Positions 8,608 through 18,557 of a DNA stretch of 64,000 nucleotides are shown piece by piece. Within the stretch, counting starts at the first letter, position 1. The number at the start of each line of letters is the position of its first letter. A model generated the notes under the pieces. The model did no database searches, was not told where the DNA came from, and saw only the letters and a program-made list of their open reading frames with translations. Made by a program: the position numbers and the translations under genes. This stretch comes from Candidatus Woesebacteria bacterium RIFCSPHIGHO2_01_FULL_39_32 (GTDB lineage: Bacteria > Patescibacteriota > Microgenomatia > UBA8517), in NCBI GenBank assembly GCA_001792345.1, contig MGGJ01000013.1:21371-85370 (forward strand), read 5' to 3'.

Positions 8608-10644
8608 ATGAAGCTCAGTGCTCCGGTTAGTCGACTGCCAATGGTCGGGCATATTTATGTCAATCGTCTAGAAAAACTCGGTATCAGCACCATCGAAGAT
8701 CTTCTTTACCACGTACCTCACAGATATCAAGATTTCAGAATCGTCTCGGATATCTCTCGAGCTCAAATCGGAGAAGTAGTCACAATTCAAGGAATAGTAC
8801 TATCTATGAAAAATATTTATACGAAATACGGGAAAGTAATACAAAAAGCCGAAGTGCAGGATAAAACAGGACAGATTCAAGTGATATGGTTCAACCAACG
8901 CTATTTGGTTCGTTCGGTCAGAGAAGGGGAAAGGTATTCTTTCTCGGGGAAGGTAGATTGGTTTGATAGAAAAAAGTCTTTAATTTCGCCAGATTTTGAA
9001 AACATACAAAACTCCAACACGACAATTCACACCGGAAGGCTTGTACCAGTCTACCCCGAAACACGCGGAGTGTCTTCGAAGTGGATTCGAGGTAGGGTTT
9101 TCTTTGCGCTAACCGAAGTACAACCATATCTAGAAGAGTTTTTGCCGATCGAGATAATCAAAGAAAATTCATTTATCGATTTACCTAATGCCTTACATAT
9201 TGTCCATTTTCCCGACAATTCTGAAGACGCAGAAAAATCAAAAAAAAGACTGGCTTTTAATGAACTTCTTTTTTATCAGCTAAGAAGTCTTTACCGAAAA
9301 AGTGACTGGAAGAAAATTCCCGCGGTTTTTCAGTTAAATATTAACGAAAAAATAATTAATGAATTTATAAAAACCCTTCCTTTTACTCTAACAAAATCGC
9401 AGCTTCGTTCAATCAAAGAAATTTCCAATGACTTGGAAAAAGAGTATCCAATGAATCGTTTGCTGGAAGGAGATGTTGGTAGCGGAAAAACGGTTGTTGC
9501 AGCAGCAGGCGCTTTTGCTTCATTTGTAAATGGTTATCAGACAGTTGTGATGGCACCAACTCAAATACTTGCCCAGCAGCACTTTGATACATTAAATCAG
9601 ATTTTTGACAAATTTAAAGTACGTGTGAGCCTTATTACATCTGCGGGTGTAAAAGCGGACTTAGGAAAAACAGATATCTTTGTAGGAACCCACGCCTTAA
9701 TCCACAAAAAGGTACAATTCGATAAAGTGGCCTTGGTTGTAATCGACGAACAGCATAGGTTCGGAGTAGAACAGCGTGCACACCTGATACAAAAAACCGG
9801 CAAATCCGCAAGCCGGCGGAAAAAAGCTCCTCACGTTCTAACAATGACTGCAACGCCAATTCCAAGAACCGTTGCATTGACTGTTTATGGGGATCTCGAC
9901 CTATCAACCCTAAATGAACTTCCCAAAGGTAGAAAGCCAGTTACGACCTGGATTGTTCCTCCACATAAACGGGAAGGGGGTTATAACTGGATTCGAGAAC
10001 AAATTAAAAAAGAGGGGGTTCAGGTTTTTATTATCTGCCCCCTAATTGAAGAGTCGCAGGTAGAAACAATGAAACAAGTTAAATCAGCTACAACTGAATT
10101 TGAAAGACTGAAAGATATCTTTCCAGATTTAAAACTAGGGCTTCTCCATGGTAAACAATCGTTGAGCTTGAAAAACGAAGTTTTGGAATCATTTAGAAGC
10201 GGAAAAACACATATCTTAGTAGCTACGCCTGTTGTGGAAGTGGGAATAGACGTTCCTAATGCGACAATTATGATTATAGAAGCTGCTGAGAGGTTTGGAT
10301 TGGCACAGCTGCATCAACTTAGGGGTCGAATTGGTCGCGGAGAAAGAAAATCTTATTGTCTCTTATTCACAAATGTAAGATCAAATACTGTTTTAACAAG
10401 ACTTAATGCACTCACCAAATCAATGTCGGGATTTGAGTTGGCTGAGTTGGATTTACAAATGCGCGGGCCAGGTGAAATGTATGGCATAAAACAGCACGGG
10501 TTCCCAGAATTGAAGGTCGCTTCCTGGAGCGACACAGAGTTAATAAAATATGCACGAGAAGTAGCTCAAGAAGCTCTAGATAAGCCAGAAAAATTTCCTA
10601 AACTTATAAAAATAATCGAATCTAAATCCATCGTCCCGAATTAA
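8608..10644 (+). CDS. recG: ATP-dependent DNA helicase RecG
   Basis: Motifs GDVGSGKT, DEQHRFGV, MTATPIPR and QLHQLRGRIGRG. Confidence 0.97.
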   Translation: MKLSAPVSRLPMVGHIYVNRLEKLGISTIEDLLYHVPHRYQDFRIVSDISRAQIGEVVTIQGIVLSMKNIYTKYGKVIQKAEVQDKTGQIQVIWFNQRYLVRSVREGERYSFSGKVDWFDRKKSLISPDFENIQNSNTTIHTGRLVPVYPETRGVSSKWIRGRVFFALTEVQPYLEEFLPIEIIKENSFIDLPNALHIVHFPDNSEDAEKSKKRLAFNELLFYQLRSLYRKSDWKKIPAVFQLNINEKIINEFIKTLPFTLTKSQLRSIKEISNDLEKEYPMNRLLEGDVGSGKTVVAAAGAFASFVNGYQTVVMAPTQILAQQHFDTLNQIFDKFKVRVSLITSAGVKADLGKTDIFVGTHALIHKKVQFDKVALVVIDEQHRFGVEQRAHLIQKTGKSASRRKKAPHVLTMTATPIPRTVALTVYGDLDLSTLNELPKGRKPVTTWIVPPHKREGGYNWIREQIKKEGVQVFIICPLIEESQVETMKQVKSATTEFERLKDIFPDLKLGLLHGKQSLSLKNEVLESFRSGKTHILVATPVVEVGIDVPNATIMIIEAAERFGLAQLHQLRGRIGRGERKSYCLLFTNVRSNTVLTRLNALTKSMSGFELAELDLQMRGPGEMYGIKQHGFPELKVASWSDTELIKYAREVAQEALDKPEKFPKLIKIIESKSIVPN

Positions 10645-10692
10645 AGATATCTTAGGATTTACAATTTTTAACTTCTAAGTTAAAATTGCAAC

Positions 10693-10854
10693 ATGGCTCC
10701 AGTACCGAAGAAAAAACATACAAGAAGCCGAAGTAATATCAGAAGGAATGCTCCTGCCAATAGGAGGAGTTTGCCTAACCTCTCGAAGTGTCCTTCGTGC
10801 GGAAAGTTGCGCGAACCACATAAGGCATGTCCGCATTGTGGATTCTACAAATAG
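10693..10854 (+). CDS. rpmF: 50S ribosomal protein L32
   Basis: MAPVPKKKHTRSR...CPSCG...HKACPHCGFYK (53 aa, below the ORF-track cutoff). Confidence 0.95.
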   Translation: MAPVPKKKHTRSRSNIRRNAPANRRSLPNLSKCPSCGKLREPHKACPHCGFYK

Positions 10855-10914
10855 AACATTCGTTTTAATCTTGTTACTTGCCACCTATTACTTATCGCCC
10901 TTATACTTAATCTC

Positions 10915-11292
10915 ATGAAAACAGCTAAAGATCCGAGACACAAGAACCGAAGAGAAGCTGTAAAAAGTTTATTCGCTGAAACCTTTGTAGGGCAACAGAA
11001 TTTCTCAGAATTAGCACGTGTTGTTCTTTCAAAAAAAGAGGAAGTTGACAGTTATATTCGAGAAGCGGCTCCCGCTTGGCCAATCGACAAGTTAAATAAA
11101 ATGGATCTTGCAATTCTTAGGCTTTCCGTATACGAATTATTACATACTGAAACTCCACCCAAAGTAATTATAGACGAAGCAGTTGAGCTTGCAAAGGAGT
11201 ACGGTTCCGAAGCTTCCGCACCATTTGTAAACGGAGTTTTGGGTACAATATACAAACAAAAGTTTGGAGAGACTGCAGATATTGTCGATTAA
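10915..11292 (+). CDS. nusB: Transcription antitermination factor NusB
   Basis: Motifs DLAILRL, IDEAVELAKEYG and FVNGVL. Confidence 0.95.
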   Translation: MKTAKDPRHKNRREAVKSLFAETFVGQQNFSELARVVLSKKEEVDSYIREAAPAWPIDKLNKMDLAILRLSVYELLHTETPPKVIIDEAVELAKEYGSEASAPFVNGVLGTIYKQKFGETADIVD

Positions 11293-11296
11293 AGGT

Positions 11297-11536
11297 ATGT
11301 TGGACAATAAAAATAATGCAAAGATAGTTTTAGAATTACTCGCGAGCCACCTTGGAGTAGAACCCGATGATGTAAGCGAGGACGATTCCCTAACAACTGA
11401 TCTTCACATGCGCGTGACAGATATCTCGGATTTTTTGGGATCGCTCGAAGAAAAGGGAATAGATGTAGATGAGATCGACTTAGCCGAAATCGAGACAGTC
11501 GGCGAGCTCATCGAAGCTCTGGGAGAAAACTTATGA
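11297..11536 (+). CDS. Acyl-carrier-protein-like acidic protein lacking the canonical Ppant serine
   Basis: ACP-like pattern LGVEPDDV..SL..DL....D....LEE....I.TVGEL in the nusB-rnc context. Confidence 0.7.
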   Translation: MLDNKNNAKIVLELLASHLGVEPDDVSEDDSLTTDLHMRVTDISDFLGSLEEKGIDVDEIDLAEIETVGELIEALGENL

Positions 11537-12216
11537 GTAAAAATGATCTTGCTAGTCTTTTTAAAAACTTATTTCTTTACGAACAAGCTTTGACTCATAA
11601 GTCGTGGGTAAATGAACACCCAGGGAAAAGAGGTTCTAATGAACGCTTAGAGTTTCTAGGTGATGCGGTTTTGGAATTTATTGTATCAAAAGAACTATAT
11701 GCGCGTTTTCCAGATAAAGAAGAGGGCTACCTTACGGCTCTCAGGGCTAACCTTGTAAATACGATTAATCTTTCTGAAATTGCAAAGAGCTTAAACCTGG
11801 GTCAGAAACTATATTTAAGCAAAGGCGAGGAAGAAACAGGTGGACGAACCAACCACTCACTTTTGGCAAATACAGTAGAAGCGATTGTAGGAGCGCTTTT
11901 CCTAGATAGTGGACTGGGAGACGTAGAAAAGTTCATTGAAGAACACCTGCTTTCGACTCTAGATAAAAAGCTGGCTCAACCTTTAAAAGATTCCAAGAGC
12001 TTACTTCAGGAATATGTTCAGGCTCTTGGGTATCCTGCGCCTCGTTACGAGGTAGTTGAAGAATCGGGGCCTGATCACTCAAAGCAATTTACTATAGCCG
12101 CAATGGTTAATGGAGACTCATTAGGTAGGGGAAGGGGTAGGAATAAAAGCGAGGCGGCGCAAGAGGCGGCGCGGGTTGCACTTGAGAATGTTATGCAAAA
12201 GCAGTTAAAGGAATAA
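11533..12216 (+). CDS. rnc: Ribonuclease III
   Basis: NERLEFLGDAVL signature and a dsRBD. Confidence 0.97.
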   Translation: MSKNDLASLFKNLFLYEQALTHKSWVNEHPGKRGSNERLEFLGDAVLEFIVSKELYARFPDKEEGYLTALRANLVNTINLSEIAKSLNLGQKLYLSKGEEETGGRTNHSLLANTVEAIVGALFLDSGLGDVEKFIEEHLLSTLDKKLAQPLKDSKSLLQEYVQALGYPAPRYEVVEESGPDHSKQFTIAAMVNGDSLGRGRGRNKSEAAQEAARVALENVMQKQLKE

Positions 12217-12265
12217 TTGCGCAATAAGTCCATATAAAGTAGAATTATAAAAGTCAGATTAAGGT

Positions 12266-12484
12266 ATGATTAAAATTCGCCTAGCTAGACACGGATCTAA
12301 AAACAAGATTTTTTATAGGATAGTCGCCATAGAAAAAGGTAAAAAGCGCGAAGGAGCGCCCTTGTCTGTATTGGGAATAGTAAACCCGACGAAAAATCAA
12401 AAAGAGATTAATAAAGAGAGACTTAAATTTTGGTTAACAAAGGGTGCAACAATGACTAAAGCAGTCGAGAAAATTTTAAAATGA
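12266..12484 (+). CDS. rpsP: 30S ribosomal protein S16
   Basis: MIKIRLARHGSK..FYRIV. Confidence 0.95.
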   Translation: MIKIRLARHGSKNKIFYRIVAIEKGKKREGAPLSVLGIVNPTKNQKEINKERLKFWLTKGATMTKAVEKILK

Positions 12485-12714
12485 AGGATTTATTAGCCTA
12501 CCTTACTGAGAACATTCTTGGTAAGAAAGATTTTGCAATAGAAGAAGAGCTTGATACAGATCAGAACAATTTTAAAATTTTTGCTGAATCCGAAGATCTG
12601 GGAATTATTATTGGAAAGGGTGGTCAAACTATTAAAGCAATTCAAACTCTCGTTCGTGTACGCGGACGGCTTGAAAATAAAAACGTAAATGTCTTCGTTG
12701 AAGAGAAAAAATAA
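12481..12714 (+). CDS. khpA: KH-domain RNA-binding protein KhpA-like
   Basis: GIIIGKGGQTIKAI; located downstream of rpsP. Confidence 0.85.
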   Translation: MKDLLAYLTENILGKKDFAIEEELDTDQNNFKIFAESEDLGIIIGKGGQTIKAIQTLVRVRGRLENKNVNVFVEEKK

Positions 12715-12718
12715 CTCT

Positions 12719-13411
12719 TCAATTGAAAGGATTGGGTCTATCTTTTGGTGTGGAAGGTGTAAGGTTTGTAAATACCGGTTTTTTGAGGCTTTGCATTTTT
12801 GCTAAAACTAACTTTTGATCGTCTGTTAGTTCTTGGATAGGTACCGTTAGTTCTGGAAGAGTTACGGGAAGGTTTGCCCAGAAAATATTAATTTCAAGCT
12901 CACCCGAAAATAAATTTTCTCCAACTGAGTGCTTCTGTACATTCAAGCTCTTAACGCTTTGGATTGGTGCTGAATTTACCAAATCTTTCAAGAAACTGAC
13001 ATAGGAAGGAAATTCTTGATTTTCAGTACTTACTTTAATTTCCATATTTTTGATATCTTCGTCCTCCCCAAGACCAACAATCTTTAGTTCTTTAATGACG
13101 ATTGCCTTCTCGGAAGCTGAAGTTCTTAGATTGGATACTATAAGCGCTGCTGGGTTCTCTGTAGGAAGTGCGATAAGAGTAGCATCCGCTTGATCCAAAA
13201 CACCAACTCTTACTTCTCGCAAGATATTAAGTTTCTCATTAAGTGTTGCTTCAGACTGTTTTGCTTCATTGTGCTGCGTTAACTTGACCCTAACTTGAGA
13301 GTAACCATTTTTAAAGACAACTACGGAAAGTAAAATCACCATAATTATAACTATGGTGGGGCCAAATAATATTTTTATATCTGGACCCAAACGTCTTGTT
13401 ATTGATTTCAT
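12719..13411 (-). CDS. Type IV pilus alignment protein PilO-like
   Basis: TM helix plus coiled coil, C-terminal RPNPF, downstream of pilM/pilN. Confidence 0.65.
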   Translation of the reverse strand: MKSITRRLGPDIKILFGPTIVIIMVILLSVVVFKNGYSQVRVKLTQHNEAKQSEATLNEKLNILREVRVGVLDQADATLIALPTENPAALIVSNLRTSASEKAIVIKELKIVGLGEDEDIKNMEIKVSTENQEFPSYVSFLKDLVNSAPIQSVKSLNVQKHSVGENLFSGELEINIFWANLPVTLPELTVPIQELTDDQKLVLAKMQSLKKPVFTNLTPSTPKDRPNPFN

Positions 13412-13412
13412 A

Positions 13413-13937
13413 TTATTTGACAAAACCGAATTCCGCTGAATACCCCTCAGTTGGTTTAAACGATAGCGTTACTAGATAAATTGATTTAAACTTTCCTGAA
13501 CCGGCTAATGATAATATAAAACGTGAGAGATTTTGTAAATTATCCGAATATACAGCAACTTTTATTGCTTCCTGGGATAATGTTACTTCTTTGAAAGATA
13601 TTCCTTCCGGAAATAACTCTGAAACTTCATCTAAAACATTGACTCCAATGTTTAGAGATTGCGTATTTTCAACAGCAGTAAACTTGTCTATTCTGTCTTT
13701 CAAAAGGATCAATTTTTGTTCTGTTTCTTGTAAAGCTTTAATTTCGGCTTTCAAATTTTCCTGTTGTATGGCACTTTGACTGAGCAATCGTGTGTAAAAA
13801 ATAAAAATGCTAAAAACAGTTAATGTACCAACTAAAAAAACTATAAGAGAAATCAGTGCAAGTTTTCTTAGATTTTTTGCTAGTGCAACCGCATATCCTT
13901 TTGGCTTTAAATCTTGTGGAAGTAAATTTATGGCCAT
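13413..13937 (-). CDS. pilN: PilN-like protein
   Basis: N-terminal INLLP motif followed by a TM helix and coiled coil. Confidence 0.8.
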   Translation of the reverse strand: MAINLLPQDLKPKGYAVALAKNLRKLALISLIVFLVGTLTVFSIFIFYTRLLSQSAIQQENLKAEIKALQETEQKLILLKDRIDKFTAVENTQSLNIGVNVLDEVSELFPEGISFKEVTLSQEAIKVAVYSDNLQNLSRFILSLAGSGKFKSIYLVTLSFKPTEGYSAEFGFVK

Positions 13938-13947
13938 GGTAAGTAAG

Positions 13948-14961
13948 TTATTCTCTCATCGCTAAGCCAACCGCTATAGAATAAAAAGGAGCATATCCGG
14001 ATAGGCTCTTTACTGCTTCGGGGTCCACGTTTACCTTTGAGAATGGATTTCCAACTACAACTTCAATACCTAAAAGTTTTGTAAGAGTCGAGGCTGCCTC
14101 AGGCATTCCAGCGGATCCACCAGAAAGAATTGCCGAGGAAGGAGAATCTCCTTTTTCCTCAGACTGATAGAAATGGGTTGCCTTTTTCATTTCGTCTGCA
14201 ACCAACCTGAAAATCGGATCTAGCGCACCTTTAATTTTTCCCTCTAACTGAGTAGAACTTAATCCATATGCCTTTTTATATTCTTCCGCTTGAGCCTCTT
14301 CAACACCCAGGGTTTGGGAAACTGCTCTAGTGAATGCCTCTCCTGCTGTTGGAATTGAGCGAGAAAATACCAATTGACCGTTTCTGGCAATTGCAATGTC
14401 AGAGGAGCGTGCGCCGAAATCTACTAATAATACAGTTTGATCCTCGGGCGCAAGAGATCGAACAAGTGCAATAAGTTCTGTTTCAACAGCAGCCAAGGAT
14501 AATCCCGCCATTTCAACAACCCGTGCGTATTTTTCTACTAATTCCTTTGGGGCTGCTACTAAAAGAACAGAAACCGAAGGGGGAGATGTATCATCTCTTC
14601 TTTCGATGATTTGGTGTTGAACAATGGCCTCATTAACAGGAATAGGAATATACTGCTCAGCTTCCCATCGTACAGCTGAGGCAATTTCCGCATCTGTGAG
14701 CTGGGGGAACTTGATTGTTCGCGTGTAAACCTGAGTTTCAGGAAGTGCAATTCCTACCTCGCGTGATGTGATTTTTGCTTCTTTGTGAAGCTTTTTTACT
14801 GCTTCTGCCAGAAGTCCAAGTTCTTTATCCTCCTTTATATGTTCGGGGGTTTTACTCTTGTGAGCCACAACACCGGAAGCACGCAAACGAAAAGTATTGC
14901 CTTCTTTAGACAATTCCACAATCTTTATAGTTTTCGAACCGATGTCTAATCCAACAGACAT
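13948..14961 (-). CDS. pilM: Type IV pilus assembly protein PilM
   Basis: Motifs VGLDIGS, EAEQYIP, VDFGA and AVGLAMR. Confidence 0.93.
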   Translation of the reverse strand: MSVGLDIGSKTIKIVELSKEGNTFRLRASGVVAHKSKTPEHIKEDKELGLLAEAVKKLHKEAKITSREVGIALPETQVYTRTIKFPQLTDAEIASAVRWEAEQYIPIPVNEAIVQHQIIERRDDTSPPSVSVLLVAAPKELVEKYARVVEMAGLSLAAVETELIALVRSLAPEDQTVLLVDFGARSSDIAIARNGQLVFSRSIPTAGEAFTRAVSQTLGVEEAQAEEYKKAYGLSSTQLEGKIKGALDPIFRLVADEMKKATHFYQSEEKGDSPSSAILSGGSAGMPEAASTLTKLLGIEVVVGNPFSKVNVDPEAVKSLSGYAPFYSIAVGLAMRE

Positions 14962-14966
14962 AATAT

Positions 14967-15851
14967 TTATGGCTTAATTAAATCTTTCATGCTAAAGACA
15001 GCACTGTCGAAAAGTGTAGGGTTTTCCGGATAACTTTGAAAGACATTTACTTTTCTTGTCGAGTCTCCGGCAACGCCTGTCGAGGATATTTGAATCCCTT
15101 GAGGTGGAAGCCCTCCAGCACCAGTAGTCCAAATTCCAATAGGCTTTGTAGAATAGTACATTCGTACCTTAGCCATAAGAAGTCGACCTTCACCTGGATT
15201 ACCGACACAACCTGAACAAATATTATTTACGTTTATTTGAGCACGGCGGGCTGACGAGTCGATAAAATTGCACTGGCTAGTCGAACCAAAGGAACTGCTA
15301 GTTCCTCCCAAGGGACCGAAAGCTCTTCTGTAAACTTGCACATTGGCGTACTTGTTCGAGTTCACTGCTTGTTTTGTGTTTGAATCATAAAAAACTAAAA
15401 CTTCAATTGCAGGATTAGGCGATCCGCTCCCCACACATATATTTATTTCCGAACCCCTGAAGCATGTATCGCCAGCGCATGTTAATTTCCCAGCGTCGTC
15501 GTGTTCTACAAGCCAAAATGTGGCTACTTCACCCGAGGCCAGGGTTCCAGGATATGTAAATTTCCCGTCGTTTTCTGCCAGATCAGCGATTAAAACATCG
15601 TAGGTAGCAGCAGTCGGATCCGAAGGATCTGCTGGGATGGGAGGAGGATCTGCAGGAACAGGATTTAGTAATGCGCTTTCAATTCCTGCTTCTGCAGCAG
15701 AAAAAGCCCGAAGAGCCTCCTCTTCATACGAAGTTATCGCTACATCTGTGACTGAACGGGAAGCAACCGACAAAACTACCGTCAAAATTACGGCCATTGT
15801 AAGAAGAACTACGAGGAGTGCTTGGCCGCTCTGGTTTGGCAGGGATCTCAT
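14967..15851 (-). CDS. PilX-like minor pilin
   Basis: SGQALLVVLL...A.SAAEAGIE. Confidence 0.75.
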   Translation of the reverse strand: MRSLPNQSGQALLVVLLTMAVILTVVLSVASRSVTDVAITSYEEEALRAFSAAEAGIESALLNPVPADPPPIPADPSDPTAATYDVLIADLAENDGKFTYPGTLASGEVATFWLVEHDDAGKLTCAGDTCFRGSEINICVGSGSPNPAIEVLVFYDSNTKQAVNSNKYANVQVYRRAFGPLGGTSSSFGSTSQCNFIDSSARRAQINVNNICSGCVGNPGEGRLLMAKVRMYYSTKPIGIWTTGAGGLPPQGIQISSTGVAGDSTRKVNVFQSYPENPTLFDSAVFSMKDLIKP

Positions 15852-15898
15852 ATTTTAAGTTTAACAAGCGGAGTAACTTCGGTCAACATGTTATTAGT

Positions 15899-16429
15899 TT
15901 AGTCATACGTTCGCAAAAGCATCTTTGTTTTGGATGTGACTTCATTTCCTTCCGCTCCCGAAGAAGCTTTATCTCTTCCCGTTATCGTGATAATTATTGA
16001 ACGTGGTACAGGACCGGGTGCAGGTGTAGCAGGACAAGAAAATACATTAGAACAGTTAGTAATCGTAACCTCCGAGCTGGTTATCCTAAGGTTTGCAGAA
16101 CCTGAAGCGATATAACAATCAGAACCCGAACACATACATCTAAATCTTCCTGCCTTATCATACTCATCAACATAATTAATTTGCGAGCCGCAGGCACCCG
16201 TAATGCTTTTAGAGTTTCTCAGAAGCCTTTCCATAGTACTTATTGCATAATCAACGTTCTGGCGGGCTCTACTTTGTGCATCACTTTTTCTGGAACCTCG
16301 TAGAGATAAACTTAGAGTTTGGGTTGTTACGATTGCCAAAATACTAAAAACAGCGATCACAACAAGCATTTCAATAATTGAAAAACCCTGTAAATTTGTT
16401 CTTTGTTTATTGTTTCTTGCTCTCTTCAT
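15899..16429 (-). CDS. Minor pilin (PilW/GspJ-like)
   Basis: GFSIIEMLVVI prepilin motif. Confidence 0.8.
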   Translation of the reverse strand: MKRARNNKQRTNLQGFSIIEMLVVIAVFSILAIVTTQTLSLSLRGSRKSDAQSRARQNVDYAISTMERLLRNSKSITGACGSQINYVDEYDKAGRFRCMCSGSDCYIASGSANLRITSSEVTITNCSNVFSCPATPAPGPVPRSIIITITGRDKASSGAEGNEVTSKTKMLLRTYD

Positions 16430-16430
16430 A

Positions 16431-16877
16431 TCATTTGTTCCAATTAGTAAAAGTGGTTATATTGCGAACCTGATGGGTTCCTTGGCCGTCACTCCATTGT
16501 ACGATAACTATTGCCCGGATTTCTTCGCCGTTGAGATTTACCACATTAGAAAACGTTGCACCCCTTCTAAACGGTGTCCCAGGTATATCACACATTCCGC
16601 TTACGCTTATACAGTTAGGTGCTGCGCCATTTAAACATTTTGTATTTGTCGCTTGCAATTTGAAAGCATTCCAACCCGTAGTTCGAAGGGCATTGTCTCT
16701 TTGCTCTCTCAGACATTCACTACCTTCTTGAGCATACTTACTTGCAAGTGCATTATTTTTTGAAAAGGTTGAGTTAGCAATCGACTTTGCCGCTAAACTT
16801 GCTATAGCCACAAGTATTACCGCTGCAATTCCAATAGCAAAAATAACTTCAAAAAGTGACTGGCCTTTATGGTTCAT
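16431..16877 (-). CDS. Minor pilin (PilV/GspI-like)
   Basis: KGQSLFEVIFAI prepilin motif. Confidence 0.75.
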   Translation of the reverse strand: MNHKGQSLFEVIFAIGIAAVILVAIASLAAKSIANSTFSKNNALASKYAQEGSECLREQRDNALRTTGWNAFKLQATNTKCLNGAAPNCISVSGMCDIPGTPFRRGATFSNVVNLNGEEIRAIVIVQWSDGQGTHQVRNITTFTNWNK

Positions 16878-17427
16878 ATATTTCTCCGCTTGATTTAATA
16901 ATAATATCTTTATAGGCACCGCTACTCGTTTCTCTAACTCTTATAGTCATAGATGGGGTATTTGGAGGAAGGGAAATATAAACACCTCTTCCTAAAACAT
17001 TAAAACGAGGGACTGTATTTACGGGAATCCTAATCAAAGAAAATCCGGTAGGTAAATTTTCTATTTTTACAGATACCGTATAATCAGGTCCCGGAAGACT
17101 TCTGTCGCAGTAGGCACGTATTTCATAACTAGTTGAACTAGCGACAAACTCATAACCTAATAAAAAATCATTTGCAGCACATAACTTCCTTTGAGATAAT
17201 GCATACTCCTGAGCAAGCCTTAAATCTGCTTTAATTTTTCTAGTTACGTTTATTATCCCTTGCCTCGCCTGGAATTCTCTATAACCGGCATAACCCACAC
17301 TAAAAAGCAAGGCCATAACTACTATGACAATTAATAATTCAATAAATGTGAAGCCGTGGTTAACAACAAGTAACTGGTGGTTGCGAGGTTGGGCAGAATT
17401 TCTCTGCATATATAAACTATACACCAA
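16867..17427 (-). CDS. Minor pilin (FimT/GspH-like)
   Basis: GFTFIELLIVI...ADLRLAQ. Confidence 0.8.
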   Translation of the reverse strand: MVYSLYMQRNSAQPRNHQLLVVNHGFTFIELLIVIVVMALLFSVGYAGYREFQARQGIINVTRKIKADLRLAQEYALSQRKLCAANDFLLGYEFVASSTSYEIRAYCDRSLPGPDYTVSVKIENLPTGFSLIRIPVNTVPRFNVLGRGVYISLPPNTPSMTIRVRETSSGAYKDIIIKSSGEIYEP

Positions 17428-17448
17428 TCAATATTCACTAATCGCTGC

Positions 17449-17937
17449 CTAAGGGCTTTTTACGTTATATGCACAGGGGCCAGGAACACAACCCATACAG
17501 GGCTGAGCAGGTATCGGGCTAGGGGGTTCTTCCAATCCTGTACAAAGACTATAAGAAGTTGTACCAACAGGCACATATCTGTAACGGGCACCCGAAGTCG
17601 GATCCTCAGGCACATCTGATATATATGTGTTGGAATTAGAGCAGGCCGGACCGTAAGCAGAATTACCTTGTAATGGATTTATCCCATCAGGTAAAGGTGA
17701 TGGTGGATATCTGTTACAGTCAGCTTTATAAAGCTCCAGTCCTGACCTTATTACCTCAAGGTCTGCTTTTCTTTTTGCGTCACGCCCAGACTCACGGGCT
17801 CCTTGCAAAGCAAATATCGAAATTCCAGATAAAATGGCGATAATTCCGATAACGACTAAAAGTTCAATTAAAGTAAATCCTATCTCAATTTTTGATTCTT
17901 TATTTTTGATCTTTGATATTAAAATCATATCGGACAA
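17449..17937 (-). CDS. GspG-like pilin
   Basis: GFTLIELLVVI, RDAKRKADL and PEDP. Confidence 0.85.
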   Translation of the reverse strand: MSDMILISKIKNKESKIEIGFTLIELLVVIGIIAILSGISIFALQGARESGRDAKRKADLEVIRSGLELYKADCNRYPPSPLPDGINPLQGNSAYGPACSNSNTYISDVPEDPTSGARYRYVPVGTTSYSLCTGLEEPPSPIPAQPCMGCVPGPCAYNVKSP

Positions 17938-18434
17938 TTAGTGCCCCATGAATCAGGACCCCTCTTTAAACCGCTTTCACCAGTGGAACATACAACAAAA
18001 TACTGAATCTGGGCTGGCGATACAGTATCATCCAATATTTCAAGCTGACCCCACAACACATATTGCAACGTAGATGATGCCATGCGGTAATGAGCGGGTG
18101 ATTTTGGGTCGTCGGGGCAAGAAGGTAAAACAAGTGGTCTTGGAGCAGAACCACACTGTGTTACTATATTTGTTGCAGCAACTGTAAAATATTGTCCGTT
18201 ATTTTTATTTGCATAGACTTCCATCGCTGTTTGATACTGTTTAATATCACTCCTTCTAATTGAATCTCTGGCTTTTTTCTGTGCTCCCGGATATGAAGTC
18301 ATGAAAATTGCTGCCAACCCACCCAAAACTGCGATGACTATAAGAAGCTCGATGAGGGTAAAACCAAGTTTGGTGATTAGTGTTTGGTGATTAGTGTTTG
18401 GTGGGGAGGATAATCTTAAATTCTCTTTTATCAT
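17925..18434 (-). CDS. Type IV pilin
   Basis: GFTLIELLIVI, ARDSIRRSDI and PDDP. Confidence 0.85.
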   Translation of the reverse strand: MIKENLRLSSPPNTNHQTLITKLGFTLIELLIVIAVLGGLAAIFMTSYPGAQKKARDSIRRSDIKQYQTAMEVYANKNNGQYFTVAATNIVTQCGSAPRPLVLPSCPDDPKSPAHYRMASSTLQYVLWGQLEILDDTVSPAQIQYFVVCSTGESGLKRGPDSWGTNCPI

Positions 18435-18557
18435 GGGTAGTAATTATTTACAAATGTCTCATTTAAATAATATAAATAATGACATTTGCTACAGAAATCA
18501 CACCTTATCTAAAAAAATATTGTGATTTCTCTATAACATAATACACTATAAAAATAA

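Noticed and set aside
10675-10884. Minus-strand 69-aa ORF from the track
   Set aside because: Antisense shadow of rpmF; the many other short antisense ORFs overlapping long genes were ignored for the same reason.
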